NCBI GenBank assembly: GCA_964624855.1
Contig: CAZUZW010000005.1
Location: 2,249-66,248 of the forward strand
Source of the DNA: an uncultured Vicinamibacteraceae bacterium
GTDB taxonomy: Bacteria; Acidobacteriota; Vicinamibacteria; Vicinamibacterales; UBA8438
Direction: 5' to 3'
DNA: 64,000 nt
In this document: positions 41,580-51,293 of the stretch, one piece after another
How the letters are laid out: each line of letters opens with the position of its first letter
How positions within the stretch are numbered: the stretch's first letter is position 1
Made by a program: the position numbers and the translations under genes
The notes under the pieces: generated by a model
The model's input: only the letters and a program-made list of their open reading frames with translations
What the model was told of the DNA's origin: nothing
Databases searched by the model: none

Positions 41580-43319
41580 ATGAACAATCAACAGATCGCC
41601 CAAATCTTTTCTGAAATCTCAGACCTACTCGAAATAAAGGGAGCCAACCCTTTCAAGATCAGGGCATATCGTAACGCCGCAGAAACATTAACGAATCTGG
41701 CTGAATCTGTGTCAGAAATGGAGTCCAAGGCCTTACTATCAATTCCTAGTATTGGAAAAGACCTAGCGAGTCGTATTCAAGAAATCTCTCGCACCGGAAC
41801 TTCGGCGTTTTATACCGAACTACTCGAGAACTACCCTCGGTCCCTTCTTGACCTTTTAAAGTTACAGGGACTCGGACCAAAGACCGTGGCGTTACTTCAC
41901 ACTTCGCTAAACATTACAAGTATTGATGACCTTGAGCGTGCGATACAGGCCGGTTATCTCAACAAACTCCGAGGACTCGGCCAAAAAAAACAATCGCTGA
42001 TTCTAAATGCCATTACTGAACATCGGAAACATTTAGGCCGTCAACTATCAGCTGCTGCGTGGGTAATCGCAGAAAGCGTGGTTGATTACCTGAAGTCGAG
42101 TCATCCAAACGGAATATTTCATATTGTAGGAAGCCTGAGGCGTGGCTGTGAAACCTGCGGAGACATCGATATTTTAGCCGTTGATACCAATGAATCAATC
42201 CACGATACATTCATAGCTTTTCCCACCCTTGAGCGTGTCATCGTCAAAGGGAACACTAAATCCAGCATCCTGTTACGCGACGGTTCACAGGTTGATTTAC
42301 GACTCGTTCCTCCAGAGAGTGAGGGCGCCGCGCTCCAGTACTTCACCGGCTCGCGGTCCCATAATGTAAGTCTTCGGGACCGTGCTGTTAAAAGAGGACT
42401 AAAACTAAACGAGTACGGATTATTTCGAACATCAAACCAATCTCCAATTAAAGTTACCACGGAAGAAGAGATATACAGAGCACTCGGCCTGTCAGACATA
42501 CCACCTGAACTGCGAGAGAATCGAGGAGAAATCCAAGCTGCAGAATCCAACGACCTCCCATCCTTAGTTACAAGGAAGACGATTCGTGGCGATCTTCATA
42601 GTCACACTACCGCCACAGATGGCCAGGCCGACATCGAGACCATGGCTAGAGCAGCACAATCCGCAGGACTTGAGTACCTTGGCATCACGGACCACAGTCG
42701 AGCTCTAGCTATGGCAAACGGACTCGACGAAACGAAAACGTTAAAACACGCAGACGCCATTAGAAAGATCGACAGGCGCCTGCCGAACGTAACCCTTCTC
42801 GCTGGCATAGAGTGCGATATCCTCCCTGACGGCAAACTCGACCTGTCAGAGGATTGTTTGGCTCAATTAGACTTCGTGATCGCATCCGTCCACTCATCCT
42901 TTAAACAAGATCAGCGGCAGATCACGGATCGTATTCTTCGTGCAATCGAGTCACCCGTTGTAGATATTCTCGGACATCCTACCGGTCGGCTTCTACTCCG
43001 CCGAGAACCCTACGACCTAGACATCGACGAGGTGATTGAAGCAGCTGCTATTCATGGTGTTGCACTTGAAATCAACTCCCAGCCTCAGCGGCTCGATCTA
43101 AACGAGATCTATGCGAAACGAGCTCGCGATCGCGGTGTTAAACTCGTAATATCCACAGACGCGCATGCTCCGGATCAATTCGGCCTTCTCGACCGCGGAG
43201 TCTTCCTGGCTCGGCGGGCTTGGCTCGAATCCAAAGACGTTCTTAACACCCTGAACATTATGGACCTTCGAGCATCGCTTCGAAGGTCTGGTCAAACCAA
43301 TCGGAGAGAAGACCGATGA
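41580..43319 (+). CDS. polX: family X DNA polymerase with C-terminal PHP phosphoesterase domain
   Basis: N-terminal HhH region (IAQIFSEISDLLEIKGANPFKIRAYRNAA), the pol-beta nucleotidyltransferase motif GSLRRGCETCGDIDIL, and PHP motifs DLHSHTTATDG and VISTDAH. Confidence 0.92.
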   Translation: MNNQQIAQIFSEISDLLEIKGANPFKIRAYRNAAETLTNLAESVSEMESKALLSIPSIGKDLASRIQEISRTGTSAFYTELLENYPRSLLDLLKLQGLGPKTVALLHTSLNITSIDDLERAIQAGYLNKLRGLGQKKQSLILNAITEHRKHLGRQLSAAAWVIAESVVDYLKSSHPNGIFHIVGSLRRGCETCGDIDILAVDTNESIHDTFIAFPTLERVIVKGNTKSSILLRDGSQVDLRLVPPESEGAALQYFTGSRSHNVSLRDRAVKRGLKLNEYGLFRTSNQSPIKVTTEEEIYRALGLSDIPPELRENRGEIQAAESNDLPSLVTRKTIRGDLHSHTTATDGQADIETMARAAQSAGLEYLGITDHSRALAMANGLDETKTLKHADAIRKIDRRLPNVTLLAGIECDILPDGKLDLSEDCLAQLDFVIASVHSSFKQDQRQITDRILRAIESPVVDILGHPTGRLLLRREPYDLDIDEVIEAAAIHGVALEINSQPQRLDLNEIYAKRARDRGVKLVISTDAHAPDQFGLLDRGVFLARRAWLESKDVLNTLNIMDLRASLRRSGQTNRREDR

Positions 43320-43537
43320 CCTCACAAGTAATCAACCAGATTCGACGTCTCTACGAAAACACCACACCACCCACCGTCGAACACGACTTAAAACAAGCTG
43401 TCCAACTCCTAAAAAAGCTGCCCGATGAGGAAAGTCGCTCAAGTGCGGCTGTCTTTATGGATGGCCTTTCTCAACTTCGGTCTGAATGGAGACTAAAGCA
43501 GCAAAAGAAGGTAAAGCGACCGAACAAGATGCGGTGA
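43316..43537 (+). CDS. hypothetical 73-aa protein, translationally coupled to polX
   Basis: ATGA start/stop overlap with polX. It is predicted helical, with a Lys/Arg-rich tail (RLKQQKKVKRPNKMR). I recognise no family. Confidence 0.45.
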   Translation: MTSQVINQIRRLYENTTPPTVEHDLKQAVQLLKKLPDEESRSSAAVFMDGLSQLRSEWRLKQQKKVKRPNKMR

Positions 43538-43626
43538 CTTAAAAGGCCACGACGAGACACTTAGCCATCTTCGGCGGTTCGTACTTTGAAACCCATGGTC
43601 GCTTGATTTTAGCCTCGACTGCGCAG

Positions 43627-44406
43627 TTACCGCTGAGAAATGAAACTTTTGTGATTAGTCTGGTTGATCTCCACGGTTACAACCTGACCGTCCCCACCCA
43701 ACGAACGACCGGGTTCTTCATCTATCGAAAATTCAAACGTCCCTGCATCGCCTACATTCAGAACAATCTGATGCTCAACCTCATAACTCTCCCGTTCACC
43801 CTCTATCATCACTCTCGCCAAGACACGGTCACCATCGATTGTCAGAGCCACCCAACAAGGACCAGTGGGATGAACGGACACCGTAAACCGTCGTTCCGAA
43901 CCAGAAAAGAAGATGTCTTCCGTTGAACCTTCCGCAGAGGTATCGGGTAAAGACTGTTGATTTGACAATGACACACCGGAAACCTCTATCTCTTCGCTAA
44001 TTTGATCTGACGGCTCTACTCTGGAACCAAAGATGAACCACAAGATAACCGCGATTAAGAAAACGAGGGCGACACCGAAAAATATTATTGGTAGATTGCG
44101 CGCACTTCCTAAAGTCGATTTGGTGTGTCTTGAGTTAAGGTCGAATTCATCTTGAGCCTGTGGCACCGCCTGCAAAAACGCTTCAACCATTTCATTGGGA
44201 TCCAGACCAACGTCACGGGCATAAGCTCGAACAAATGCACGGCTATAAAGACCTCCAGGCAATCGAACAACAGTGCCGTCCTCAAGATCGCGAAGAACCG
44301 ATGCTGCAATCTTGGTATTATCCGCAAGTTCCTGAAGCGAGACACCTCGACGCTCTCGAGCATCACGCAGAACCGCACCAAATTCAACCGCTGCGTTCAC
44401 AGACAC
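43627..44406 (-). CDS. rodZ: RodZ-like cytoskeleton protein (XRE-type HTH, one TM helix, C-terminal DUF4115-like domain)
   Basis: HTH GAVLRDARERRGVSLQELADNTKIAASVLRDLE, TM PIIFFGVALVFLIAVILWFIF, and a C-terminal beta-rich domain (CWVALTIDGDRV...VLNVGDAGTFEFSIDEE). Confidence 0.7.
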   Translation of the reverse strand: MSVNAAVEFGAVLRDARERRGVSLQELADNTKIAASVLRDLEDGTVVRLPGGLYSRAFVRAYARDVGLDPNEMVEAFLQAVPQAQDEFDLNSRHTKSTLGSARNLPIIFFGVALVFLIAVILWFIFGSRVEPSDQISEEIEVSGVSLSNQQSLPDTSAEGSTEDIFFSGSERRFTVSVHPTGPCWVALTIDGDRVLARVMIEGERESYEVEHQIVLNVGDAGTFEFSIDEEPGRSLGGDGQVVTVEINQTNHKSFISQR

Positions 44407-44415
44407 ATCGAACAG

Positions 44416-45096
44416 CTATAGTAGCCTTTCTCCTACTCTGTCGAACTCCTGGCGAAATCCGTCGACAACCCCTCTCAAATCATTACCAGGCAAAATAAAC
44501 TCGTCAAAGGCTGCGATCCCAGCGGCGCCGGTTTCCACAATCTCACACGCTCGAAGAACATTGATTCCACCTATTGCAATAACGGGAATCTCCACAGCCG
44601 ACACGATGGCTTTCAAGCCTTCCAACCCAATCAATCTACACCCTGGCTTAGAACGCGTGTTAAACACAGTTCCCGCTACGAGGTAGTCAACCGCCTCACT
44701 TCGGGTCGCTCTCTCTGCTTCAGTAACATTGTGAACGGACCGACCTATAAAACATGAGTTTGGTAATAGCGCCCTTACTTGTTCAGCTGGCATAGACCTC
44801 TCCTTGAGATGAACACCATCCGCACCAGTTGTTAGGGCTATATCAACTCTGTCATTCACAATAATCTTGGTTCCACTGCCACGAGCGGCAGTCATCGCGC
44901 GAGATACGACTTCGACAAGCAATCTATCAGACAGATCTGGTTCTCGAATCTGGAGCAGATCAACGTCAGCCCTCACAGCCTCAGCCACTAGCGCATCTAG
45001 CGCACCTATATCATCTGAACCGGCCTCGTTACCAAGTCGTCGCCGGTCAGTCACCATACACACTATCGGGGACTTATTTAACCAGTTCCTCTTCAC
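44416..45096 (-). CDS. TMP-TENI family protein (second ThiE-like paralogue; ThiE versus TenI-like not resolvable)
   Basis: IVNDRVDIALTTGADGVHL, GTVFNTRSKPG and VIAIGGIN. It is clearly divergent from the thiE at 21548..22183. GTG start; an ATG 36 nt downstream is an alternative. Confidence 0.7.
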   Translation of the reverse strand: MKRNWLNKSPIVCMVTDRRRLGNEAGSDDIGALDALVAEAVRADVDLLQIREPDLSDRLLVEVVSRAMTAARGSGTKIIVNDRVDIALTTGADGVHLKERSMPAEQVRALLPNSCFIGRSVHNVTEAERATRSEAVDYLVAGTVFNTRSKPGCRLIGLEGLKAIVSAVEIPVIAIGGINVLRACEIVETGAAGIAAFDEFILPGNDLRGVVDGFRQEFDRVGERLL

Positions 45097-45199
45097 TGAT
45101 TTGACCAGGTAGCCAAGGTACTCTTTATCCTACGTAAAGGCTCATCAGACAATTCTCACTCATGAATGATGAGGTCAAAACCATCTGTCGAAAATGTGC

Positions 45200-45484
45200 C
45201 TAGGAGGAAGGTTGAGCAGATTTATCTAAAATCGAATTACACGGAGCAGCAGACTGCTCCGCCCTCCGCTGAATCAAGATAGATGCGATTTCAAGTACGC
45301 CTGCGGCAAAAGAGACCACCCCAACTCCACTCACCATACCTCTCAAAATCGGATCAGTTAACGTCATCTCGAGAGGGCCATTCATTCCCATAAAATAATT
45401 ACGGTCCCAGAATTGGGTCCAAGGCAAGACGATCAAGACCAATCCCGCCTCAAGCAGATAAAGAACTATAAGGCTCCGAGTCAC
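45200..45484 (-). CDS. hypothetical small membrane protein (94 aa)
   Basis: Two clear hydrophobic helices (LIVLYLLEAGLVLIVLPW and GMVSGVGVVSFAAGVLEIASILI). GTGA start/stop overlap with rnhB. Confidence 0.5.
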   Translation of the reverse strand: MTRSLIVLYLLEAGLVLIVLPWTQFWDRNYFMGMNGPLEMTLTDPILRGMVSGVGVVSFAAGVLEIASILIQRRAEQSAAPCNSILDKSAQPSS

Positions 45485-46155
45485 CCTTTATTTTCCCTAT
45501 TTCCCATCTTTCTAGAATTTAAACCGCCGCGAGCATCGATAGTATCAAACAGCGATCGAGGTCGAAACGACTTTCGATGAATCAGCGAATTTCCGAACTT
45601 AGCTACCGCCGCGATGTGCTGGGGAGTCGGATAGCCCTTATGTCGATCGAATCCATATCGAGGGTCATTCAGGTGCTCACCGAGCATTAGTCGGTCGCGC
45701 GTCACTTTTGCAACAATGGACGCCGCAGCAATCACTGTACATTTTCGGTCCCCGCCCACGATCCCTCTCTGGGGCAAAGACAAGTCTGGAATCTTGAAAC
45801 CATCCACTAAGACAAAATCAGGGAGTGGCTTCAACTTGTTGACTGCTCTGTGCATGGCCTTCAAGGTGGCTTTGTGCACATTCAAACGATCCACCTCAGA
45901 AGGTCCAGACTCGGCTATAGCGTACGCCAGCGATTTCTGAATAATTTCGTCGTGTAATTGGGTTCTTGCGGCAGGAGTCAAAAGTTTGGAATCGCGAACC
46001 CCGACGATTGGAATATCGGGATCAAGTACCACTACAGCTACAACGACCGGCCCGGCCAAACAACCTCGGCCTACTTCGTCCACACCTGCAACACGCGAAA
46101 ATCCAAGTCGCCGGACAGAGTTTTCAATAGCCCTTGAAGCTATTCGGCGAGTCAC
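45481..46155 (-). CDS. rnhB: ribonuclease HII
   Basis: VAGVDEVGRGCLAGPVV, DSKLLTP and DRHKGYPTPQH. Confidence 0.94.
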   Translation of the reverse strand: MTRRIASRAIENSVRRLGFSRVAGVDEVGRGCLAGPVVVAVVVLDPDIPIVGVRDSKLLTPAARTQLHDEIIQKSLAYAIAESGPSEVDRLNVHKATLKAMHRAVNKLKPLPDFVLVDGFKIPDLSLPQRGIVGGDRKCTVIAAASIVAKVTRDRLMLGEHLNDPRYGFDRHKGYPTPQHIAAVAKFGNSLIHRKSFRPRSLFDTIDARGGLNSRKMGNRENKG

Positions 46156-46163
46156 GGTTAGAT

Positions 46164-46511
46164 CTAATTACGTCTCCGTCGCTCTCTCATCCGAGCCGCT
46201 TTACCGCGAAGTTTTCGAAGATAATATAATTTTGCTCGGCGAACCCGCGCCGACCTCACAATTTCAATCCTGTCAATTATCGGAGAGTGCAGTGGAAAGA
46301 TTCGTTCTACGCCTTGGCCAAAAGATATCTTTCGGACCGTAAACGTTGCCCGAGACCCTCCGCGATGCTGAGCAATTACCACTCCTTCGAATACCTGAAT
46401 TCGCTCCTTTTCACCTTCGCGCACCTTTACGTGAACCCGAACAGTGTCTCCAGGTTGCATGTCGGGACGATCCTGAAGTTGAGTTTCTTCGATTGCTTCA
46501 ATGGACTTCAT
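46164..46511 (-). CDS. rplS: 50S ribosomal protein L19
   Basis: [32 protein letters not shown]...FTVRK...[11 protein letters not shown] matches L19. Confidence 0.96.
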   Translation of the reverse strand: MKSIEAIEETQLQDRPDMQPGDTVRVHVKVREGEKERIQVFEGVVIAQHRGGSRATFTVRKISFGQGVERIFPLHSPIIDRIEIVRSARVRRAKLYYLRKLRGKAARMRERRRRN

Positions 46512-47281
46512 GCGTCTGCCCTCACTTTTCGTACTAAGTCTACATTCTGTAGGGTCTTCAAGATCCTTTTCTCTTCCTCATCAAGCAGCTGACACCCTTC
46601 ATTCAACAGATCCGGCCGGCGCTCAAGTGTGCGTTTCACAGACTCACATTTTCTCCATGCCTGGATCGCTTCATGATTACCTGACAATAGAACTTCTGGA
46701 ACCTTCGCGCCATTAACGTCGGCAGGACGGGTGTAGTGCGGATGATCTAAAAGTCCCCGTTCGAATGACTCATTCTTAACCGACTCCGCGTCACCGACTA
46801 CGCCATCAGCGAGACGAGCAACAGCTTCTAAAACCACTAGCGCAGGAACTTCTCCACCGGTCAACACATAATCACCTATTGAGATCTCCTCAGACACTAC
46901 GGAGTCGACCACCCGTTCATCCACCGCTTCGTAGCGCCCACACAACAAGACAACGTGATTCAATTGACTCAAACTTCGAACCTTCGCTTGATTTAATCGT
47001 TTTCCTTGGGGTGACACTAAGATTACCGCCTCTGGTTCACCCCTATCGGTCTTAATCTTCTCCATGGCCTGCATGAACGGCTCTGGCTTCATCACCATGC
47101 CCGGACCACCGCCGTATGGCATATCATCAACCTTCTTATGTCGATCCTTTGAAAATTCTCTAAGGTCGTGTACCACAATGTCGAGTAAGTTTCGCCGGTT
47201 GGCACGACCTATTACACCTTCCTCCAAAAACGCCAACACCATTGACGGGAAGATCGTCACAACGTCAAACTTCAAGGACAC
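46508..47281 (-). CDS. trmD: tRNA (guanine37-N1)-methyltransferase
   Basis: [42 protein letters not shown] and [11 protein letters not shown]. Confidence 0.96.
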   Translation of the reverse strand: MSLKFDVVTIFPSMVLAFLEEGVIGRANRRNLLDIVVHDLREFSKDRHKKVDDMPYGGGPGMVMKPEPFMQAMEKIKTDRGEPEAVILVSPQGKRLNQAKVRSLSQLNHVVLLCGRYEAVDERVVDSVVSEEISIGDYVLTGGEVPALVVLEAVARLADGVVGDAESVKNESFERGLLDHPHYTRPADVNGAKVPEVLLSGNHEAIQAWRKCESVKRTLERRPDLLNEGCQLLDEEEKRILKTLQNVDLVRKVRADA

Positions 47282-47308
47282 TTAAAATTTCCTATCGCAA
47301 CCGCAGGA

Positions 47309-47866
47309 TTAGTGTTCGCGGTTTAAGTCCAATAATCCCAAGGGCGGATCTATCACCACACTCTTCTGTTCCAGTTCGATACTTACACAAATAGGTTGAG
47401 CCAAGGGTATTTGAATCTCGTCCCCCTTCTCAACCCCCTCTACGACCAACCGGCTCGATCCGGAGACTCCCTGTACACCCACAACCACGCCAACCCGTTT
47501 ACCATCTACTGTAATTACTTCACATCCCACAAGCGAGTACTCGTAGTAGCTACCCTCTGGTAGTGCAACTTGATCCGAGAGGGGAACACGTAGCTGTTTG
47601 CCAATCAGCGTCTCAGCCTCAGAAATAGACTCAACACCCTCTATGGTCACGATCGGTCGACCCGAATGGAAGCGAGCCTTCAATATTTTTAACGCTTCGA
47701 CACCAGATGCACCATCGATGTATACAACGGCATCCTTGCAAAAGCGTTTCTCAGGAAAGTCGGACTCAATGTTTACGACAATCTCGCCACGAAGGCCATG
47801 CGTGCGAGCAACTTGACCCACAAGAACCATTCCGGTCCACTGTGTTTTCAATGACTCGTCGGTCAC
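47309..47866 (-). CDS. rimM: 16S rRNA processing protein RimM
   Basis: VGQVARTHGLRGEIVV and a PRC-barrel C-terminal half. Conserved rpsP-KH-rimM-trmD-rplS gene order. Confidence 0.92.
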   Translation of the reverse strand: MTDESLKTQWTGMVLVGQVARTHGLRGEIVVNIESDFPEKRFCKDAVVYIDGASGVEALKILKARFHSGRPIVTIEGVESISEAETLIGKQLRVPLSDQVALPEGSYYEYSLVGCEVITVDGKRVGVVVGVQGVSGSSRLVVEGVEKGDEIQIPLAQPICVSIELEQKSVVIDPPLGLLDLNREH

Positions 47867-48115
47867 TCACTTATGCTCGTCCACAAAATCTACCGTTGTT
47901 CGCCGTCCGTCAATCTCAGAGGTGACGTTTGCCAAAGTTCGAATCGCAGTCGCGGTTCTTCCCTGACGCCCGATCAGCTTACCCAGATCATTTGGCGCCG
48001 TTCGAACCTTAACGTATGACTCGTCTGGCCCATCGATCTCCGTGACCTCAACCATATCTGGTTGGTCCACCAGAGCTTTGGCGACAACTTGCACTACTTC
48101 TCTCATTCGACTCAC
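47867..48115 (-). CDS. KH-domain RNA-binding protein (UPF0109/YlqC-like)
   Basis: 82 aa with the KH GxxG motif region LGKLIGRQGRTATAIRTL. It sits in the conserved position between rpsP and rimM. Confidence 0.88.
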   Translation of the reverse strand: MSRMREVVQVVAKALVDQPDMVEVTEIDGPDESYVKVRTAPNDLGKLIGRQGRTATAIRTLANVTSEIDGRRTTVDFVDEHK

Positions 48116-48471
48116 GAATCACTCGCCTGGTCTACTGACTCCGATTCGCGCACTCCATCCAATGCCGAAGAAGACTCCGGAGCGGCATCTGCGACCACCT
48201 CGGATGTCTCCGAACTCGAAGAAGACAGAACGGCACCCGCCATCTGACGCTTGAGTAGAGTTCTCACAGTATCACTCGGCTGGGCTCCGCGGGTTGTCCA
48301 ATAGTTCAGACGTTCTCGATCAAGATCGAAAGACTCTGGTTCTGTAGTCGGATTGTAGTGCCCTATTACTTCAAGGGCTCGTCCATCACGCGCCGCATGA
48401 GAATCGATCACAACTATCCGAAAAAACGGACGCTTCTTCGCACCCAGCCGACGCATTCGAATTGCTAACAT
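48112..48471 (-). CDS. rpsP: 30S ribosomal protein S16 (with acidic Ser-rich C-terminal extension)
   Basis: MLAIRMRRLGAKKRPFFRIVVIDSHAARDGR...IGHYNP matches S16. About 35 extra C-terminal residues are rich in S/E/D/A. Confidence 0.95.
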   Translation of the reverse strand: MLAIRMRRLGAKKRPFFRIVVIDSHAARDGRALEVIGHYNPTTEPESFDLDRERLNYWTTRGAQPSDTVRTLLKRQMAGAVLSSSSSETSEVVADAAPESSSALDGVRESESVDQASDS

Positions 48472-48549
48472 TCTTAGGCCTACCTTATTTCATCTAAAGC
48501 CTCATCCAACATGAAGCTCATTTCAAGTAATTTACCTTCACCGCAACGT

Positions 48550-49917
48550 CTACCGCCCAATGGATTGAGGAAACCCGATGCGCCCAAGACGCCTGGCGCC
48601 AGCACGCTTACGCTTCACATTAACACCCTTGACCATTTTGAGCATCTTGCGCATCTGACTAAATTGTTTCAGCAGGCGATTAACGTCTTGGACCTCCGTC
48701 CCACTCCCGCACGCTATTCGTTTTCGACGACTTCCATTAATTACCGCCGGGTTTCGTCGCTCAACCACCGTCATTGAATCAATAATCGCAGCCGTACGAA
48801 CCAACTGGCCTTGATCCATATCTCCATCACTTCTCGAATTATTCATACGCCGTAACCCTGGAATCATCTCAATCATCTGTTCTAACGACCCCATGTTACT
48901 AACAGTGTCCACCTGATTACGCAAATCTTCTAGTGAAAATTCCTGATGTCGAAGTTTCTCTGCGAGGCGAGTCGCATCCCTCTCTCCTATTGCCTTCTCC
49001 GCTCGTTCAACGAGGGTCAAAATATCACCCATGCCCAAAATTCTGGAAACAAGTCGTTCAGGCTGAAAAATCTCTAGATCCTCTAGCCGTTCACCGACAC
49101 CGCTGAAAACTATGGGTACGCCTACTACTGACACCATGGAAAGCGCAGCTCCGGCTTTCGCATCCCCGTCCATCTTGGTTAAAACAAGACCAGTAATACC
49201 GACCCGACGATGAAATTCACCTGCACTTTTGATGGCATCTTGCCCCGTCATCGCATCAGCAACATATAAGAGCTCCGCCGGTTTGACGGCATCCCTTATA
49301 ACTTCAAGTTCACCCATCAACTCGTCATCAAGATGAATCCGTCCCGCCGTGTCAACGATCACGGTGTCAAATCCCAAATCTTTAGCCTCATCAACCGCCG
49401 TCTTAGCCCGCTGAACCGGGTCGACTAAGCCATCCGGATCATGGACACGTAAGCCAGCGGACTCGCACAGCAAATTCAGCTGGGAAATAGCTGCAGCTCG
49501 CCTCACATCCGTAGACACAAGCATCGGATGCCTACCCTCACGCTTGCACCACTGGCCAAGCTTTGCGCTCGTCGTTGTCTTTCCAGAACCCTGGAGACCC
49601 AGAATAAGAATAACTTGAGGATGATTAGTCGCTTTTGAAAGTCCTGTAGAACCTTTCCCAAACAAAGCCAACATCTCGTCACGGACAATTCCAACGACCT
49701 GTTGAGTCGAAGTTAGGCTATCTAAAACCTTCTGATCGATGGCGCGGTCACGAACACGGTTAACAAAAGCCTTAACGACTTTGAAGTTAACATCCGCCTC
49801 CAGTAGCGCCACCCGAATGTCCTTCAGTGCCACTTCGACAGCTTCTGGTGTTAAACGAACTTCTCCCCGCAGCGATTCAAAAACATTCTGAAACCGGTCG
49901 GTAAGGGAATTGAACAT
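48550..49917 (-). CDS. ffh: signal recognition particle protein
   Basis: N and G domains with GLQGSGKTTTSAKL and DTAGR, and a Met-rich M domain (MGSLEQMIEMIPGLRRM). Confidence 0.97.
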   Translation of the reverse strand: MFNSLTDRFQNVFESLRGEVRLTPEAVEVALKDIRVALLEADVNFKVVKAFVNRVRDRAIDQKVLDSLTSTQQVVGIVRDEMLALFGKGSTGLSKATNHPQVILILGLQGSGKTTTSAKLGQWCKREGRHPMLVSTDVRRAAAISQLNLLCESAGLRVHDPDGLVDPVQRAKTAVDEAKDLGFDTVIVDTAGRIHLDDELMGELEVIRDAVKPAELLYVADAMTGQDAIKSAGEFHRRVGITGLVLTKMDGDAKAGAALSMVSVVGVPIVFSGVGERLEDLEIFQPERLVSRILGMGDILTLVERAEKAIGERDATRLAEKLRHQEFSLEDLRNQVDTVSNMGSLEQMIEMIPGLRRMNNSRSDGDMDQGQLVRTAAIIDSMTVVERRNPAVINGSRRKRIACGSGTEVQDVNRLLKQFSQMRKMLKMVKGVNVKRKRAGARRLGRIGFPQSIGR

Positions 49918-50019
49918 GGTAAAAACGTGCGAGACAAAAATCTATATATTGCGATAAACGCTTTAATAACAGTCGCTTATGGTAACTGACCCGCTCGAGT
50001 GCTGTCAACGATCCGAGGT

Positions 50020-51285
50020 TTAGACTGACGAAAGTTTGTGTCCAAGCTTTTCCTTCTTAGCCTTCAAATAGGCCTTCGAAAACTCAGAAGCAGGAACCTC
50101 CAAGGGAAGCGACTCCACAACAGCGAGTCCATACCCTTCTAGACCTATGAACTTTCGCGGATTATTCGTCAATAGTCGCATGGTTTGCACGCCAAGATCA
50201 CCCAGAATCTGAGCCCCTATCCCATAGTCTCGTTGGTCCGCCTTGAATCCGAGTCGCTCGTTCGCTTCGACCGTGTCCAAACCGTCATCCTGTAACTGAT
50301 AAGCCCGAATCTTATTAGCTAAACCGATACCTCTACCTTCCTGATTAAGATAAAGCAAGATACCGCGACCTTCGGAAGCGATTCGTCGCATAGCCACCGC
50401 CAACTGGTGGCCGCAGTCACAGCGCGCAGAATGAAAAACATCTCCAGTTAAACATCGTGAGTGAACCCTCACAAGGAGGTCCTTGCCGTCACCAACGTCT
50501 CCTCGAACAAGAGCAACATGCGTCTCACCATCGATCACGCTTTCATATGCATAAACGTGAAATAAACCCTGTTCTGTTGGCAACTCAGCATTGGCCACAC
50601 GCTTCACAAGCTTATCGTTACGCATTCGATACTTAATCAAATCTGCGATCGTAATCATCAACAAGTCGTGTTTCTTGGCGAACTTCTTCAGCTCTTTGAC
50701 TCGCGCCATCGTGCCGTCGTCATTCATGATTTCGCAGATAACACCTGCCGGATACAATCCAGCCAGCCGAGCAAGATCTACCGCAGCTTCGGTTTGACCT
50801 GCCCGAACCAGAACGCCACCTCCCCGAGCACGAAGTGGAAACATGTGACCAGGACGCGCCAGATCACTAGGTTGTGTAGTCGGATCAATAGCAGCACGAA
50901 CCGTAGCAGCCCGGTCTGAGGCCGAAATGCCCGTACTTGTGTCTTGTTTTGCCTCAATTGCGACAGCGAAAGCTGTCTCAAATTTTGAGGTGTTCTGCGT
51001 AACCATCATGGGAATATCGAGCTCATCAAGACGTTGCCCTGTCATAGGCAGACAGATTAATCCACGACCGTAGCGGGCCATAAAATTAATCGCGTCAGGT
51101 GTCACCTTGCCTGCAGCGATCGTCAAGTCACCCTCATTCTCTCGGTCTTCGTCGTCAACGACGATAATCATTTGTCCATCGCGAATTGCTCGAACAGCTT
51201 CTTCTATTGATGCAAAACCACTGGGCAAAGTCGTTTTCTCAGACCCTAGAACATCTTTGGCTGAAGTCTTTCGGCTGGGCGGCAT
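50020..51285 (-). CDS. ribBA: bifunctional 3,4-dihydroxy-2-butanone-4-phosphate synthase / GTP cyclohydrolase II
   Basis: DDEDRENEGDL (DHBP synthase) and a C-terminal GCHII region (HSRCLTGDVFHSARCDCG, YLNQEGRGIGL). The start is placed at ATG 51285, preceded by GAGGA. The ORF-track TTG at 51297 overlaps the ribE stop. Confidence 0.94.
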   Translation of the reverse strand: MPPSRKTSAKDVLGSEKTTLPSGFASIEEAVRAIRDGQMIIVVDDEDRENEGDLTIAAGKVTPDAINFMARYGRGLICLPMTGQRLDELDIPMMVTQNTSKFETAFAVAIEAKQDTSTGISASDRAATVRAAIDPTTQPSDLARPGHMFPLRARGGGVLVRAGQTEAAVDLARLAGLYPAGVICEIMNDDGTMARVKELKKFAKKHDLLMITIADLIKYRMRNDKLVKRVANAELPTEQGLFHVYAYESVIDGETHVALVRGDVGDGKDLLVRVHSRCLTGDVFHSARCDCGHQLAVAMRRIASEGRGILLYLNQEGRGIGLANKIRAYQLQDDGLDTVEANERLGFKADQRDYGIGAQILGDLGVQTMRLLTNNPRKFIGLEGYGLAVVESLPLEVPASEFSKAYLKAKKEKLGHKLSSV

Positions 51286-51293
51286 CTTTGTCC

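Noticed and set aside
43603-43926. 107-aa plus-strand ORF overlapping the 3' half of rodZ
   Set aside because: The opposite-strand RodZ-like reading frame has a coherent HTH-TM-beta domain architecture. This ORF has none.
49918-50019. Possible SRP (4.5S) RNA or other small RNA next to ffh
   Set aside because: The 102-nt gap is AT-rich, lacks the conserved domain IV GGAA-tetraloop helix and has no extended pairing.
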